From Octopus vulgaris (lineage: Eukaryota), in assembly GCA_951406725.2 (NCBI GenBank), contig OX597822.1, forward strand, positions 29,946,001 to 30,010,000: a DNA stretch of 64,000 bases, read 5' to 3'. Made by a program: the position numbers and the translations under genes. The number at the start of each line of letters is the position of its first letter. The stretch's first letter is position 1. The notes beneath the pieces are model-generated. The model was given only the letters and a program-made list of their open reading frames with translations, was not told the origin of the DNA and made no database searches. Shown one piece after another: positions 14,183-28,020 of this stretch.

Positions 14183-15460
14183 TTGGGTTGTCCGGAAAGT
14201 TCGTGCCGATTTTTAAAGGAAAGAAAAAGGTTAATAAGTACTTGCCTTTACATTTTTAATCAACCAAATATGAACCATTTTCTTGCACAATGCGTCTCCA
14301 TCTTTCCTTTAACTTGAAAATATTCTCTTCCTAGAATTGAGATAGTTTCATGGCAAAGAATTCATTAAGGTATCTTTTTACGTCATCCAAGGAATTGAAA
14401 TTTTTACAATTAAGACTATTCTGCAGAGACCTGAATAAGTGGAAATCCGAAGGAGCAATATCTGGTGAATATGGAGGGTGGGGTAACACATCCCAGCCTA
14501 GCTGCAGAAATTTTTTTCTGGTTCCCAAAGAAACATGCGGTCTTGCATTATCATATTGGAAAACAACACCCTTCCTTTTGGCCATTTATGGATGTTTCTT
14601 TTGAATTGCTGCTTTTAACTCGTCCAGTTATGTGCAATATTTCTCAGAATTAATTGCCTGGTTACTTGGGAGAAGCTCATAGAACAGAATTCCTTTCCAA
14701 TCCCACCAGACACAAAGCAAGACTTTTTTAGGGTAAAGACCCGCTTTTGGGGTGACTAAGGGTGGCTCATGTCGTTTACTCCAGGATCGCTTTCTCTGAA
14801 CATTTCGGTAGATAATCCCTTTCTCATCACCTGTCACAATTTGCTTTTAAAAAAGTGTGTTTTCATTCCGTTTATAAAGCGAATCACAGATGGAAATGCG
14901 ATCCAAAAGGTTCCTCTCACTCAACTCATGTGGTACCCAAACATCGTAGCGATTTGTGTAGCCAAGCTTTACTAGGTGCTCATGAACGACGGATTTTGAT
15001 AGGCTCTCTGCCAATTCTCGAGTTGTGCATTGTGGGTCATTCTCAATTAATGACTTGATTTGGTCATCATCTGTAGTGGATGGTCTGCTTGATCGCGATT
15101 TATCAATAAGGCTACAATCTCCAATTCAGAACCTTGCTAACCACTTCCGTACAGTTCTTTCGGATAAAGAAACATCACCGTAAAGTGCGCATATTCCTTT
15201 GGTTGCTTGTGAGGCATTTTTCCCTTTACGGAAAAAGAAAAGCATCAAGTTCCGAAAATGAACTTTCTTATCTTCCATTTTAAAGGGTTACAGAATTGAC
15301 ACAGGTTATACGAACATAAACATTCTTCCACAAAAAGATAGTTTAAACTGTGCTCTAAATGGAGGTGTAGTCAAATCCTATCTTATGGACTCAACCATGT
15401 TCTAAAATAAGTCGAAAGGTAAGCTTCTATAAATCGGCGCGAACTTTCAGGACAACCCAA
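14183..15460 (-). mobile_element. full-length mariner element with TA target duplication
   Basis: TIRs TTGGGTTGTCCGGAAAGTTCGTGCCGATTT / AAATCGGCGCGAACTTTCAGGACAACCCAA, each flanked by TA. Confidence 0.92.
14256..15278 (-). pseudogene. mariner DD34D transposase with stops and frameshifts
   Basis: MEDKKVHFRNLML start, WVPHEL, TGDEK, KKVLLCVWWD, DNARPH, HPPYSPDIAPSDFHLF. Confidence 0.9.
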
Positions 15461-15677
15461 TATATTTAGTTGAAATGAAAAATGGAGAATGAGACTAACT
15501 TGGTATTTTTTTCTCTGCAGAGGAATTATAGTATCAGTAAACTACTGGTGTCGATTTAATCGATTATAATCAGCATCAATGTGTAGCCATGGGCTTGAGT
15601 TAGAAATCACTTTATGTGAATTACTGTGTGTCTATATAATATGTTGCACCATAGATATGGCAGACAGAGGAGAGAGA

Positions 15678-15753
<76 letters not shown>

Positions 15754-16174
15754 ACAAGTAGAAGCAAAGAAGAAATCATCAGAGACTAATAAGACAATTA
15801 ATTATTGAATGGTTAGAATAGTTAAAACTGCATACAGGTTTGTGCTCTGGTTGCATGGGTAAGGATGGCATGATAGAGAATGCATAATCCGTGCTAATAT
15901 CGGTGTCACTTGCACTTTTGGAGAGAATGCCGAATGTGTCGAAATCGTTATTATTTCCTGCCAGTGGGAAATAGTTTATCGTTTATGTCTGAAGTCTATG
16001 CGGTCATCTGACGAGACCTGTTTCTTTTAAATTGATGTAATGTTTTCATTAATCAATTAACACGTGTAGATCTTTGTTACTTATACACTCGCGCGCGCAC
16101 ACACATGTTTGTATTTATCTATATGTATTTTGGCATGCCCACATGTATCCCTTTGTAAATGCACACGTATACAA

Positions 16175-16252
<78 letters not shown>

Positions 16253-16255
<3 letters not shown>

Positions 16256-16424
16256 CGCAGGAGTGGATGTGTGGTAAGTAGCTTGCTAACCAACCACATG
16301 GTTCCGGGTTCAGTCCCACTGCGTGGCATCTTGGGCAACTGTCTTCTGCTATAGCCCCGGGCCGACCAATGCCTTGTGAGTGGATTTGGTAGACGGAAAC
16401 TAAAAGAAGCCTGTCGTATATATG

Positions 16425-16505
<81 letters not shown>

Positions 16506-16715
16506 TTGTGTGTCTGTGTTTGTCCCCCTAGCATTGCTTGACAACCGATGCTGGTGTGTTTACGTCCCCGTAACTTAGCGGTTCGGCAAACGAGACCGAT
16601 AGAATAAGTACTGGGCTTACAAACAATAAGTCCCGGGGTCGATTTGCTCGACTAAAGGCGGTGCTCCAGCATGGCCGCAGTCAAATGACTGAAACAAGTA
16701 AAAGAGTAAAAGAGT
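16253..16715 (+). mobile_element. SINE family A, full length
   Basis: tRNA-like head, internal (TA)n(TG)n, GATAGAATAAGTACT..GGGGTCGAT domain, GTAAAAGA tail. Sits after (TA)n. Confidence 0.9.
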
Positions 16716-17068
16716 ATATATATAATATAAATAAATGCAAAAACTAATTTCTGTGTTTCAGTGTGTCACACTTAGACCCCCTCTCCCACTATTCAATGAC
16801 ACCCTAACCCTAATTTCTCATGGTGGGGTGAGAGTAACAGTAGGCATAGAAACGATGAGTGCGGTGGCGAAGACAGAGAAAGAGAGAAAGAAAAAGAGAG
16901 GGAGAGAAAGAGAGACAAAGAAATTTAGGGAGAGTTTGTGATAGTGCTGATGGTAGCCGTGGGAGTAATAATAAAAGAGAGAGAAAGAGTGGGTATGTGC
17001 CCATCCAAAAAGAGGATGCTATAGTAGACATTCCAAATTGAAAAGAAATCCCTTCCCCCACCTTCTCC

Positions 17069-17235
<167 letters not shown>

Positions 17236-17650
17236 TGGTGGTATTGGTGGCAGCTAGGGCATTTAGGGATGATGGTGTATAATAAGTAATATGAAAGACA
17301 GTGTTGATGGTGGTGGAGCGGAAGGTGGCGAAGTGAAAGTTATTGATGGTGTAGTCTTCAGATGTCTGAATGGTATGTGTATGGCAGTTGTGGCGATGGT
17401 GGTGGTACTTGGGAAGGTGATGGTTGAAAACAATCAACAGAAAAAGAGAGAGAGAGATAGGGAGGGAGAGAGCGAGAGAGAAAGAAAGAGGTTAGACAGA
17501 ATAAAGATTGTACTGAACCCTGAATGGGAAGATAAAAATCTTGTTTATCATGCAGTTTTGCAATAAGTACCAAGTTGACAAATTATACCGTTGTTTCAAT
17601 GAAAATTGCTCATTACTTCAAAAATATTGGTCAAGTTTAATAAAATTCAA

Positions 17651-18063
17651 TAGGCGCAGGAGTGTCTGTGTGGTAAATAGCTTGCTTACAAACCACATGG
17701 TTCCGGGTTCAGTCCCACTGCGTGGCATCTTGGGCAAGTGTCTTCTGCTATAGCCCCGGGCCGACCAATGCCTTGTGAGTGGATTTGGTAGACGGAAACT
17801 GAAAGAAGCCTGTCGTATATATGTATATATATATATATATGTATGTGTGTGTTTGTGTGTCTGTGTTTGTCCCCCTAGCATTGCTTGGCAACCGATGCTG
17901 GTGTGTTTACGTCTCCATCACTTAGCGATTCGGCAAAAGAGACCGATAAAATAAGTACTGGGCTTACAAAGAATAAGTCCCGGGATCGATTTGCTCGACT
18001 AAAAGGCGGTGCTCCAGCATGGCCGCAGTCAAATGACTGAAACAAATAAAAGAGTGAAAGAGT
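17651..18063 (+). mobile_element. SINE family A, full length
   Basis: Aligns along its length with 16253-16715. Confidence 0.9.
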
Positions 18064-18426
18064 ATGTACTGAATGCATGAACTGTCATGGTTGGGCCCAA
18101 GGCCCAATGCAGAGCCCTCCATTGGAGCTAGCCTAAAAGCCGCCCGACATTCATACGTGTATGTGTATGTATACACGCACACACATACATACTGTCACAA
18201 GCTTGGCATGAACTACTTAATTATTCATTACCTGAACCGTTGATTCTTATGTGAGGTTATATCATTATCTATGTTTGTATGCATGTGTGTATGCTTGTAT
18301 TTATACATGTGGCTACACATCTATCTAGATATAATTACAAATGTAATTATATATGCATTTATTATATTCTTATTCATTGACATACCTGTATGCTTCCACA
18401 ACCCTCCTACACGTTTATAACACACA

Positions 18427-18465
<39 letters not shown>

Positions 18466-18651
18466 CATCGTACATGCCTCTGGGCATATTCATACGTCAC
18501 ATATGTTAGTCCTGGTCCATTCCGTATAACCATGCACTAACTTAATGTTGCCGTTCACGCAATTTGCTACAACCGGAAGTTTTCCTTGACTACCATCTCT
18601 TGGCATAATCTATAATCTCTCTTTCTCTTTCCATTTTTGTTTATTTGTTTG

Positions 18652-18688
<37 letters not shown>

Positions 18689-19021
18689 ATTTGTTATAGT
18701 TTCTTTCTTTCTCTTGTTTTTATCGGTCTCTCACTATGCAAACTACTTGAGACGCAATCACACACGCACACACGCACGCATACACGCACCACGCACTCCC
18801 TCTATCTCTATCTCTCTGTGCACACATATACACAGAGGCACACATGAAGAGCCACGCACGCACACATACATACCCCTGTGATTGTACACATACAATCACG
18901 CAGTGGTGCACCAATGTGCATGCGTATATATATTTATTCGGGTCAATAAAGTTTGCCATATGTAATAAGTCTGTTTTATCTTGTGTCCGAATCTCAATAT
19001 ATCTTCCCACACACACACACA

Positions 19022-19089
<68 letters not shown>

Positions 19090-19119
19090 TGCATACATAC
19101 ATAAATATATGCATACGAA

Positions 19120-19857
19120 TATAAAATCATAAATGACAGAAATAGTTGGATGAAATTTCATTTAACAAAAAAAAAAAAAAAAAAATTCAAATACCACGTC
19201 AAATTGTTTCGTAACTTAAAAACATCGAAGTCGGATGTTGAGGGTTCGTTGGACACAGCGTGAGACGACTGTTGTTATCGCTAGGCCTAACTCATCGTAA
19301 AGTCAATACCACCATGACCGATATCCAATCTACAGTGGATGTGGTTAAAAAGAGCTTAACTTGATAACCAGCTGATCTAGCAAGCGGGGCCTCATATCAG
19401 TGAGGGAGGCCGGTGCGCATTGATGCCGTCGAGAGGTAGGCCCCGAAACGGCGCGCATTCTCTCCTGATGACCCAATACACTTGCTGGCTTCCGGTATTC
19501 GGAGCTTTTGACTGGTAGCACTTGCATGTGCAAGTTGTTTGCAAGACATCTACATGATTCATATTATTATATTTAATAATAAGTGAATTACTTACATATC
19601 AGCATTAACGCAAAATGCAAAAAATCTTGGAAAATAATGCAGAATTCAAGTTTCGTAACTTAAATTCTCCTTTAATTTGAAGGCATTTTTGCATTTTACA
19701 TTAATGCAGACATGTAAGTAATCTATTTATTAATAAACATAAAAAAATAAATTATCTGCATGTTTTAAGTTACGAAACAATTTGTTGTAATATTTCGACT
19801 TTCTTATTGTTAAAAAGCAATTCATCAAACTATTTCTCTGTCATTTACGACTTTATA
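19120..19857. mobile_element. palindromic MITE-like element with internal second inverted repeat and a GC-rich insert
   Basis: TATAAAATCATAAATGACAGA..TTTCGTAACTTAAAA (19120-19222) mirrors 19760-19857. 19575-19628 mirrors 19680-19735. Confidence 0.65.
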
Positions 19858-20099
19858 CACTCCTTATCACTTTCTCCTGTATCAAACTATAGACTCTATA
19901 TGTTTTGTAGAATGATACATTAAGGAGCTGTTTTTATGAGTACTACCGGATTAGTACGAATCCACATATTGTGACTTAAATTTAAATGCAAATATAGATA
20001 TAAATATAAATATGAAAGAATGGAAAGGATCAATGGTCTTCCTGATCCATAAACTCATAAGACCGGTTTCACGGATTCTGTGGCGGTATGCTCAGGCTA

Positions 20100-20953
20100 A
20101 ATTTGATGAATTTTTAATACCTCTCTTTTTCAGGAACAACTTTGATGTATTGTTAAGCAGTCAACCGCGTTGGAGAGCGTAAAGATTAAAGATGTAGTTG
20201 AAAAAAAGTTAGCTGATATGGAGAACTGGAAGCCATCCGAATATTGGGAGGGAATTACTGATATCCTGATGATGCCGGGTGTCAAAATACCGACATCATG
20301 ATTGCTGCTCAAAGCTCTGTGAACATTGTAAAGGCTCTAAGACCTGATATGGGCAACTGGAGTGGAGACTACAAAGCCTTGTCCTGCAAAAAGAGGTGCT
20401 ACAGGCGTTCTGACTGCATCCGCAAGACGGATTGCCTCCCAACAGGTGTCAACAAGGCCTTAGTCACAATTCAGACGGCTATGCGAAACTGTGGAGACTG
20501 ATTAAATCTTGAATGCAGAGGGTTGCTGCTGGAATGCCATATGTATGGTAGCAGGATTCGGCTCTTTGTCATACCTCCAGAAAGAATTAGAAGTGGTTGT
20601 CGGAGAATTTCTGCGATTTTATCAGCCCCAATTTCTGGCCTTATTCCCCAGTTGTAATCACATGCATTACTATGTGTGAGGTGCGGTTGCGAAAGAAACC
20701 AGCTGCTCTGTCCGCAACATCAACGCCTAGCTGGTGGCCAAGATGAAAGATATATTCCTTGGGACACTCTGTGGAACGCATGCTCTGGATTCCGTAGCCG
20801 TCTCGAGGCCTTCATGGAAAGTGAGGGCGTTTACTTTGAGTAAACTGTTACCTCTGAGCTATAATCTAGTTGATATTTTTTGATTGTTTAGAATTCATTT
20901 TGGGTGGGATATTTTTATGCAAACCGCGAAATTTAGTCCGAAAAATCACTCTG

Positions 20954-20956
<3 letters not shown>
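20100..20956 (+). pseudogene. decayed Tc1/mariner (DD37D-like) transposon remnant
   Basis: C-terminal ACSGFRSRLEAFMESEGVYFE* followed by a TIR-like end AAATCACTCTG|TA. Confidence 0.55.
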
Positions 20957-20992
<36 letters not shown>

Positions 20993-21000
20993 CCATCCAT

Positions 21001-21079
<79 letters not shown>

Positions 21080-21172
21080 GCAAATAAATGTGTCCCCTCT
21101 GTATTCAGCCCTGTGTGGCTAATAAAGAAATCTATCTATCTATCCATCTCTATATATACACACACACGCACA

Positions 21173-21285
<113 letters not shown>

Positions 21286-21639
21286 CATACATACATATAT
21301 ATATGTATGTATGTTCACATACGTGCACACAATCACGCACGCACACACACTTTCTCTCTCTCACTCTCTCTCTCACACGTACCCTCCACCGACACATTTA
21401 TATACAAGTGCATACAAATCGCGTTCCTAGAATAAACATACGCGTGTTCATTACATTGAAATACAAAATGTTAACATATATATCTACAAGTTACGCATTA
21501 ATTATATATTAATGCGTGTATATACTTGCTATTAATTCAGACAGTTACACAGTCAAAGCATATCAATGGACATAAATACACGTAAAGAGAGAAAGAGAAA
21601 GATGGAAATAGACAAACAGCGAGAGAGAGAGAGAAAAAA

Positions 21640-21670
<31 letters not shown>

Positions 21671-21889
21671 AGCAGAAACACAGACACATAGACACGCGTG
21701 CGCACACGAGCAAAATTCTTTACGAGCTTAACTCAACAATTGTTTTTTGCATTGAGCTTGACCTAATTCGTTCTCTAATTGACTCGCAATAAATATAGAA
21801 ATAATACTTATGAATTAGACAGTAGATAGAAGAAAGATGGATTAATAGATACACAAATAGAAAGATAGGTAGATAGATAGATAGAAAGG

Positions 21890-21951
<62 letters not shown>

Positions 21952-21956
21952 GATAC

Positions 21957-21987
<31 letters not shown>

Positions 21988-21991
<4 letters not shown>

Positions 21992-22229
21992 GAAATGAAG
22001 AAAATGCTGACAAAATAATTTAAGTAATTTAAGTAATTTAATTAGGTGAAAGTTCTTTTTACCGGTTGCGCATTTGTTATGCTTATCAAAAGATTAGAGT
22101 TCCTTTCTGATGCGCAACCGGTAAAAAGAACTTTCACCTAATTAAATTACTTAAATTACTTAAATTATTTTGTCAGCATTTTCTTCATTTCCTTTTTTAT
22201 ATATCACAACTCGTGTTCCACATCTCCTT

Positions 22230-22238
<9 letters not shown>
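21988..22238 (+). mobile_element. fold-back PLE-type insert in (TA)n
   Basis: Perfect ~86 bp inverted arms (21988-22073 / 22110-22195). Degenerate hammerhead on minus strand TTGATAA-gcat-aacaa-atgc-GCAA-ccgg-TA. Confidence 0.7.
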
Positions 22239-22269
<31 letters not shown>

Positions 22270-22276
<7 letters not shown>

Positions 22277-22452
22277 GGTTTGGAGATGATGTACAGGTAT
22301 TTTATATTAGAAGAAATGAGGTACTCAGAAATTCGGATGGTTTTATATTTACAGATATTTATTTGTATATTACATGTTTTTAGCCATCATATAACTTATA
22401 TCATATATCATATATAAGCGCTTTCGTCCATTCTGGTGGAATTTTCAAATTC
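22270..22452 (-). mobile_element. PLE pseudo-LTR fragment (same family as 7046-7342)
   Basis: Reverse complement of 7200-7342. TTGAAAA-ttcca..tggac-GAAA-gcgc-TT. Confidence 0.7.
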
Positions 22453-22456
22453 TATG

Positions 22457-23027
22457 CTAGCAAAGATACCCAGCGTTGCTCGGGATTAAGATAACTTAGT
22501 TTGTATATAATACATTGCAGTTATGTTGAAACAGGTGATATGGGAAAGCGGAGCATTGGCAACAAAACAATTGTGGTGTAAATGACGGGCTAATTCGACT
22601 AAGCAACATGCTATACGTACGTTTGAAGCATTTCAGGCCCTAACCTGTGGGTGTTATGTGATTTTTGAACGCACTGAAAAGCTGTCCAGTCGGTGCTGTG
22701 TCTAACAGCACCTACATCACTCATAAAATAAATTTGGAGGAACTGTGCATTTGTGGTTGTTCATTTGTGGGTAACAGGGAACCAATGAGGTGATGGACTT
22801 GCCCTTCAACTTTGACGTCGGCGTAAATTCATGTTTATGTATCTTCTGAGATGCCCCAAACGATGTCATTTGCAGAGTTCTATTGTCTGATATTGTTCAG
22901 AAAATCCTTTTACAGAACATCCCGCTCTCTCATGTATCCATGTTTAAAATTTCAGCGCGATCAGATGAACAATACGCGAGTTATAAGCGCACAAACAGAC
23001 AGACAGAACGGATTTTATATAATAAGA
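22457..23027 (-). mobile_element. non-autonomous Helitron
   Basis: Minus strand starts TCTTATTATATAAAATCCGTTCTGTCTGTCTG and ends with hairpin CCCGAGCAACGCTGGG then CTAG. Confidence 0.7.
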
Positions 23028-23044
23028 TATATATATTCCACTTT

Positions 23045-23440
23045 TTCTCTTATTCTTATAGCTGTTTCAGTAATTTGACTGCAGCCATGCTGGAGCACTG
23101 CCTTCAAAGCTTTTAAGTGAAGAAATCCACCCCAGAACTTATTCTTTACAAGCCTAGCATTTATTCTATCGGTGTCTTGCCGAACCGCTAAGTTATGGAG
23201 ACATAAACACACAAGCAACGCGTGTCAAGCGATGGAAGGGGAACCAGCGCGCGCGAAAACACACACGCACGCGAGCGCGCATATAGGACGGGCTTCTTTC
23301 AGTTTCCCTCTACCAAATCCTCTCACAAGGTTTGGTCAGCCTGAGGCTACAGTAGAAAACACTCGGCCAAGGTGCCACGCAGAGGGACTGAACCCGGGAC
23401 CATATAGTTGGGAAGCAAGCATCTTACTACAGAGTCACTT
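23045..23440 (-). mobile_element. SINE family A
   Basis: Aligns with the 16253 copy. Confidence 0.85.
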
Positions 23441-23444
23441 CTGC

Positions 23445-23990
<546 letters not shown>

Positions 23991-24363
23991 TATACTCAAT
24001 GTACCCACGTATGTATAAATGTATGTGTGTGTGCATGTGAGTAAAAATACAAGAAAATGCAAGCGTGACTGTGTAGGCGTGGGTGTGGCTGTGTGATAAG
24101 AAAATTATTTGGCATCTACGTGGTTGCCGCTTCAATCTCTTCACGTGTTCTACTATAGCTCGGGGCGACCATAAACCGTCACGTATGTGCCAGGGTGTGT
24201 ATATATATATATATATATATTAGTCAATAGACTATATATTATTCATATAAAATACAGTCTACATTAAAACACTTTAAGAGGCTTCCATGTATGTATGTAT
24301 GTATGTATGTATGTATGTATGTATGTATGTATGTATGTATGTATGTATGTATGTATGTATGTA

Positions 24364-24413
<50 letters not shown>

Positions 24414-24634
24414 GTGTAACTTAGAGTCTCGGCCAAAAATATCGATAGAATAATACTAGATTTTAAAAATTATCTGGCGTCGATTTGTCCGACTAAAGCC
24501 CTTAAAGCCAATGTCCCTGTACGGCTGCAGTCAAATAATTGAAACTAGTAAAATATATAAGATTATATATATATATCTTTATATATATATGTATATATTT
24601 ATGCATGTATGTATGTATATATGTATGTGTAAAA

Positions 24635-26104
24635 ACAGACGGAAGTAAATAGACACCCCATAAATCATTGTTTTATGTTTATTTTTACTTGAAAAGCTTT
24701 ATATTTTTCATTAATTGACATTTTTATGTTTCAGGTTCTATATGTAACTGTGTACTTGTGGTGACATTTACCCTGCGCCCCCAGTGTCAGAGCTATGCCG
24801 TCGGGAACTTCGGTTCCTGGTAGGGTCACCAAAGGCGGATTGGTCTGACACCGAGTGGTATTAGGTCTGCAACCCGGCAGACGGGGCTCTGGTGAAAATC
24901 CTCGGAGTGTCTGTCGTTCTGTCCCTGCGTCTGCGGACAATCTGCGGCAAACAGGATGTCTCTACATGCGGGAATGTTGGGGACCGCTTGTGAAATTCAC
25001 ATATTTCCACGAAACTTCTTCCATGAATTCTCAATGGCGAATATAATGGCGAATACAATGGCGAATACAATGGCGTAACTGTTTAATCATATCACGTACA
25101 AAAGAAGCCCGAGAACTGACCGAATATCAAAGAGGCCTATTGTGCGTCAATCTGAAGGCAGACTTAGCGTAAAATCGTAGAAAACCTCGGGATCCCGCTT
25201 TCTACAGTTAATTGTGATTGTGTAATTCACAGAGAGAAGAAGGAGTCCACGTCACCTCACCCAGGTCCACCAGACCCTCTGATAGGATCTTTCGCTTTAA
25301 GAGAAGTGTGGAGGATAATCCTCGTTGCCTAACTTCTGACATTGGAGAACAAGTTGATGTCAATCCCAGAACAACTGTCAGGTATCGCCACAAACTTAGC
25401 TACTATGACAGAGCAGCAAGAAGGAAGCCACTTCTTGGACCAGCGGAGACAATATACGGCCAGTAAGATGATGGAGAGGTCACTACCATTTTGGGACACT
25501 GTCATATTCTCTGTTGAGTCTAGATTTTCTGTATTTTCTGACAGTGGTCGAGTGTGCGTCTGGAGATTTTATGATCAACAATTTGACGTGAAAAGATTGA
25601 AGCCAACAATGAAGCAAGGCGGCTATTCTGTGATGGTTTGGAGAGCAATTTGGAGCAAGCAATGTTCGATCAGAGCTGGTGAAGTGCGGGGGTAACAGAT
25701 TCAGATAAATATGTGTCCGTATTGCAGAAAGGACTCCGGTTAAAAAGATCCAAGATTGGTTGGAAGACGATAGCATTAAAAAGCTTCATTGGCCAAGCCA
25801 ATCACCAGATATGAACTCTATTGAACACCTCTGGGGTATAATGGACAGAACACTTCGTAAAAAGAACAAGAAACCATCTTAAAAGTCAGATCTTTTGAGA
25901 TTACTGCATGAAACGTGACAAGAAATTTCTCAATATTCTTATCTGCAGAAAGCCTAATAGGTTCCTTGCAATGAAAAACGCAAAGAGCAAGTCTACTAAA
26001 TATTAGATATTCCCATTATAATAATTAATTAATAATTTGAATGTATAAGTTCAGATTTAAATAAATTTAAACAATTATAAGGGTGTCTATTTACTTCTGT
26101 CGTG
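24635..26104 (+). mobile_element. Tc1-like element with decayed DD34E transposase (about 25080-26006)
   Basis: TIRs GAAGTAAATAGACACCC / GGGTGTCTATTTACTTC. Peptides RAARRKPLL, FWDTVIFSVESRF, KPTMKQGGYSVMVW, WPSQSPDMNSIEHLW. Confidence 0.85.
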
Positions 26105-26549
26105 TCTGTGTGTGTGTGTGTATATATATCTCTATTTATAAAACTGAAATGCGAAAAGTTTGTTTGTTTGTTTGACTCGACCGCTTGGCCCGCTTTCAAC
26201 GCCACTACATCCCGTCGGATTGACTCCAAAATTTACAGGGACATGTAAAATGAGGTGACGATACCAGTGGGCTACGTTAGAAATCCCTATCTTAAAAGGT
26301 GTCGTTGCTAGGGCCAAAAACCCACTTTGACAAGTCCACTCTCAGTCTTTTATGTATCTGTCTTCCTCACTCACTCACTCTATTTCCTCCCTTCCCATCA
26401 CTTTCTATATATAACGTCGATTCGTCAAACGACGTTCTACAGCGCTTTCACACACTCTCTCTCTCTACACGTCTGTCTGCATTCATACAGACAATTATCA
26501 TCGCCACCACCACACAGGTTTGGGTGGCCGCACAGCTAGAGTTAGGCAA

Positions 26550-27298
26550 CGGTTAATAACATTGGATGTTGATAATGCCTGGATTGTTCCATTCAACCCT
26601 TTGCTTTCCAAAACATTTAATGCACACATTAATGTTGAGTACTGCAGTTCGGTGAGATGCATACAATACCTCTGCAAGTACATTAATAAGGGCGATGATA
26701 TGGCCGTGTTTGTGTTCAGTGATGAAGACCTTAGACATGACGAAATTAAACAATTCGTTTTGGGTAGGTATGTATCCTCCAATTATGCAGCGTGGCGCAT
26801 TTTTGGATGCGAGATTCATCTAAGCTCACCATCAGTTTTCTACCTGAATGTTCATTTACAGAAGAGACAGCTGGTTTACTTCACAGAGAAAAATGCACGT
26901 CAAGTCATTGAAAATCCAAAAGGGACTACGCTTACAGCGTTTTTTAAATTGTGTTCAGTTGATGAGTTTGCTGCTACTCTCATTTACCCTAAAGTACCGG
27001 AATATACACATACAACAACAATAATTGGAAGCGCAGGTCACATGGAACAGAACTTGACAATTGGCCCGGTGTTTCTAGGAAGAACGTCATTGGGCGTGTG
27101 TATAATATTCATCCTACCAAACAGGAAATCTTCTTTTTCAGAATGCTGCTTCATGTAGTTACTGGACCGAAGTCTTTTGCTGATCTTCGCACAGTTGATG
27201 GTATCATCTGCGCCACTTACAGGGAAGTATGTTTGAGGCGCGGACTACTTCTCAATGACGACCACTTACACAGGACATTAGCAGAGGCCTCAAAATGA
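26550..27298 (+). pseudogene. Helitron Rep/helicase fragment (frameshifted)
   Basis: DNAWIVPFNPLLSKTFNAHINVEYC..YLCKYINKG (Rep two-Tyr motif), RYVSS..AAWRIF, TTLTAFF, RMLLHVVTGPKSFADLRTVDG. Confidence 0.9.
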
Positions 27299-27306
27299 AA
27301 TTAATT

Positions 27307-27337
<31 letters not shown>

Positions 27338-27427
27338 CTATATATAAATATGTATATATAATGTATATATACAAAGTGTATATATCTGTATTTATATATA
27401 TATAATTTGTATACATTTATATATATA

Positions 27428-27655
27428 TTTCTTTACTGCCCACAAGGGGCTAAACATAGAGGGGACAAACAAGGACAGACAAAGGGATTAAGTCGATTAC
27501 ATCGATCCCAGTGCGAAACTGGTACTTAATTTATCGACCCCGAAAGGATGGAAGGCAAAGTCGACCTCGGCGGAATTTGAACTCAGAACGTAACGACAGA
27601 CGAAATACCGCAAAGCATTTCGCCTGGCGCGCTAACGTTTCTGCCAGCTCGCCGC
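27428..27655 (-). mobile_element. SINE family B
   Basis: Full head and central domain, reverse complement. Confidence 0.85.
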
Positions 27656-27698
27656 TTCCACACTCTTACCCTCGCGTAGAGCGGGTCACCTTCAGCTA

Positions 27699-27754
<56 letters not shown>

Positions 27755-27759
<5 letters not shown>

Positions 27760-28000
27760 AATATATGAAAGAATGGAGTTGAACGACGAATTAACAAAAT
27801 TCCTTTATTTTCGACATAACAAAGGAATTTTGTTAATTCGTCGTTCAACTCCATTCTTTCATATATTTATATTTAAAAAAACATACAAATTTCCACACGA
27901 AAGCACGTAACTTCAAACGTGTCTTCTCTGATGTGAATTTGCTACCCAGGTATCGATTAACCGAATTATCCATAACAAGGTAATTCATTCAACTACTCAA
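27755..28000. mobile_element. fold-back insert between (TA)n tracts
   Basis: Perfect ~48 bp inverted arms 27759-27806 / 27821-27868, then a unique tail ending at (TA)n. Confidence 0.6.
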
Positions 28001-28020
28001 ATATATATATATATATATAT

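Larger units (their letters stand above)
26131..27699 (+). mobile_element. internally deleted Helitron carrying a RepHel fragment and a nested SINE
   Basis: 5' TCTATTTATAAAA..GTTTGTTTG start. 3' hairpin ACCC-TCGCGTAGA-GCGGGT then CTAG|T at 27696-27700. Confidence 0.75.

Noticed and set aside
19225-19555. GC-rich segment with nested complementarity and GAAA/CTGATGA, considered as a structured ncRNA or hammerhead
   Set aside because: Only 16 nt separate GAAA and CTGATGA, too few for two stems. Residual RMLRVRWT and GRPR peptides suggest a decayed RTE-like LINE 3' end.
25034-25076. 12 bp tandem ATGGCGAATACA repeat
   Set aside because: Simple local slippage in the Tc1 leader with no further structure.
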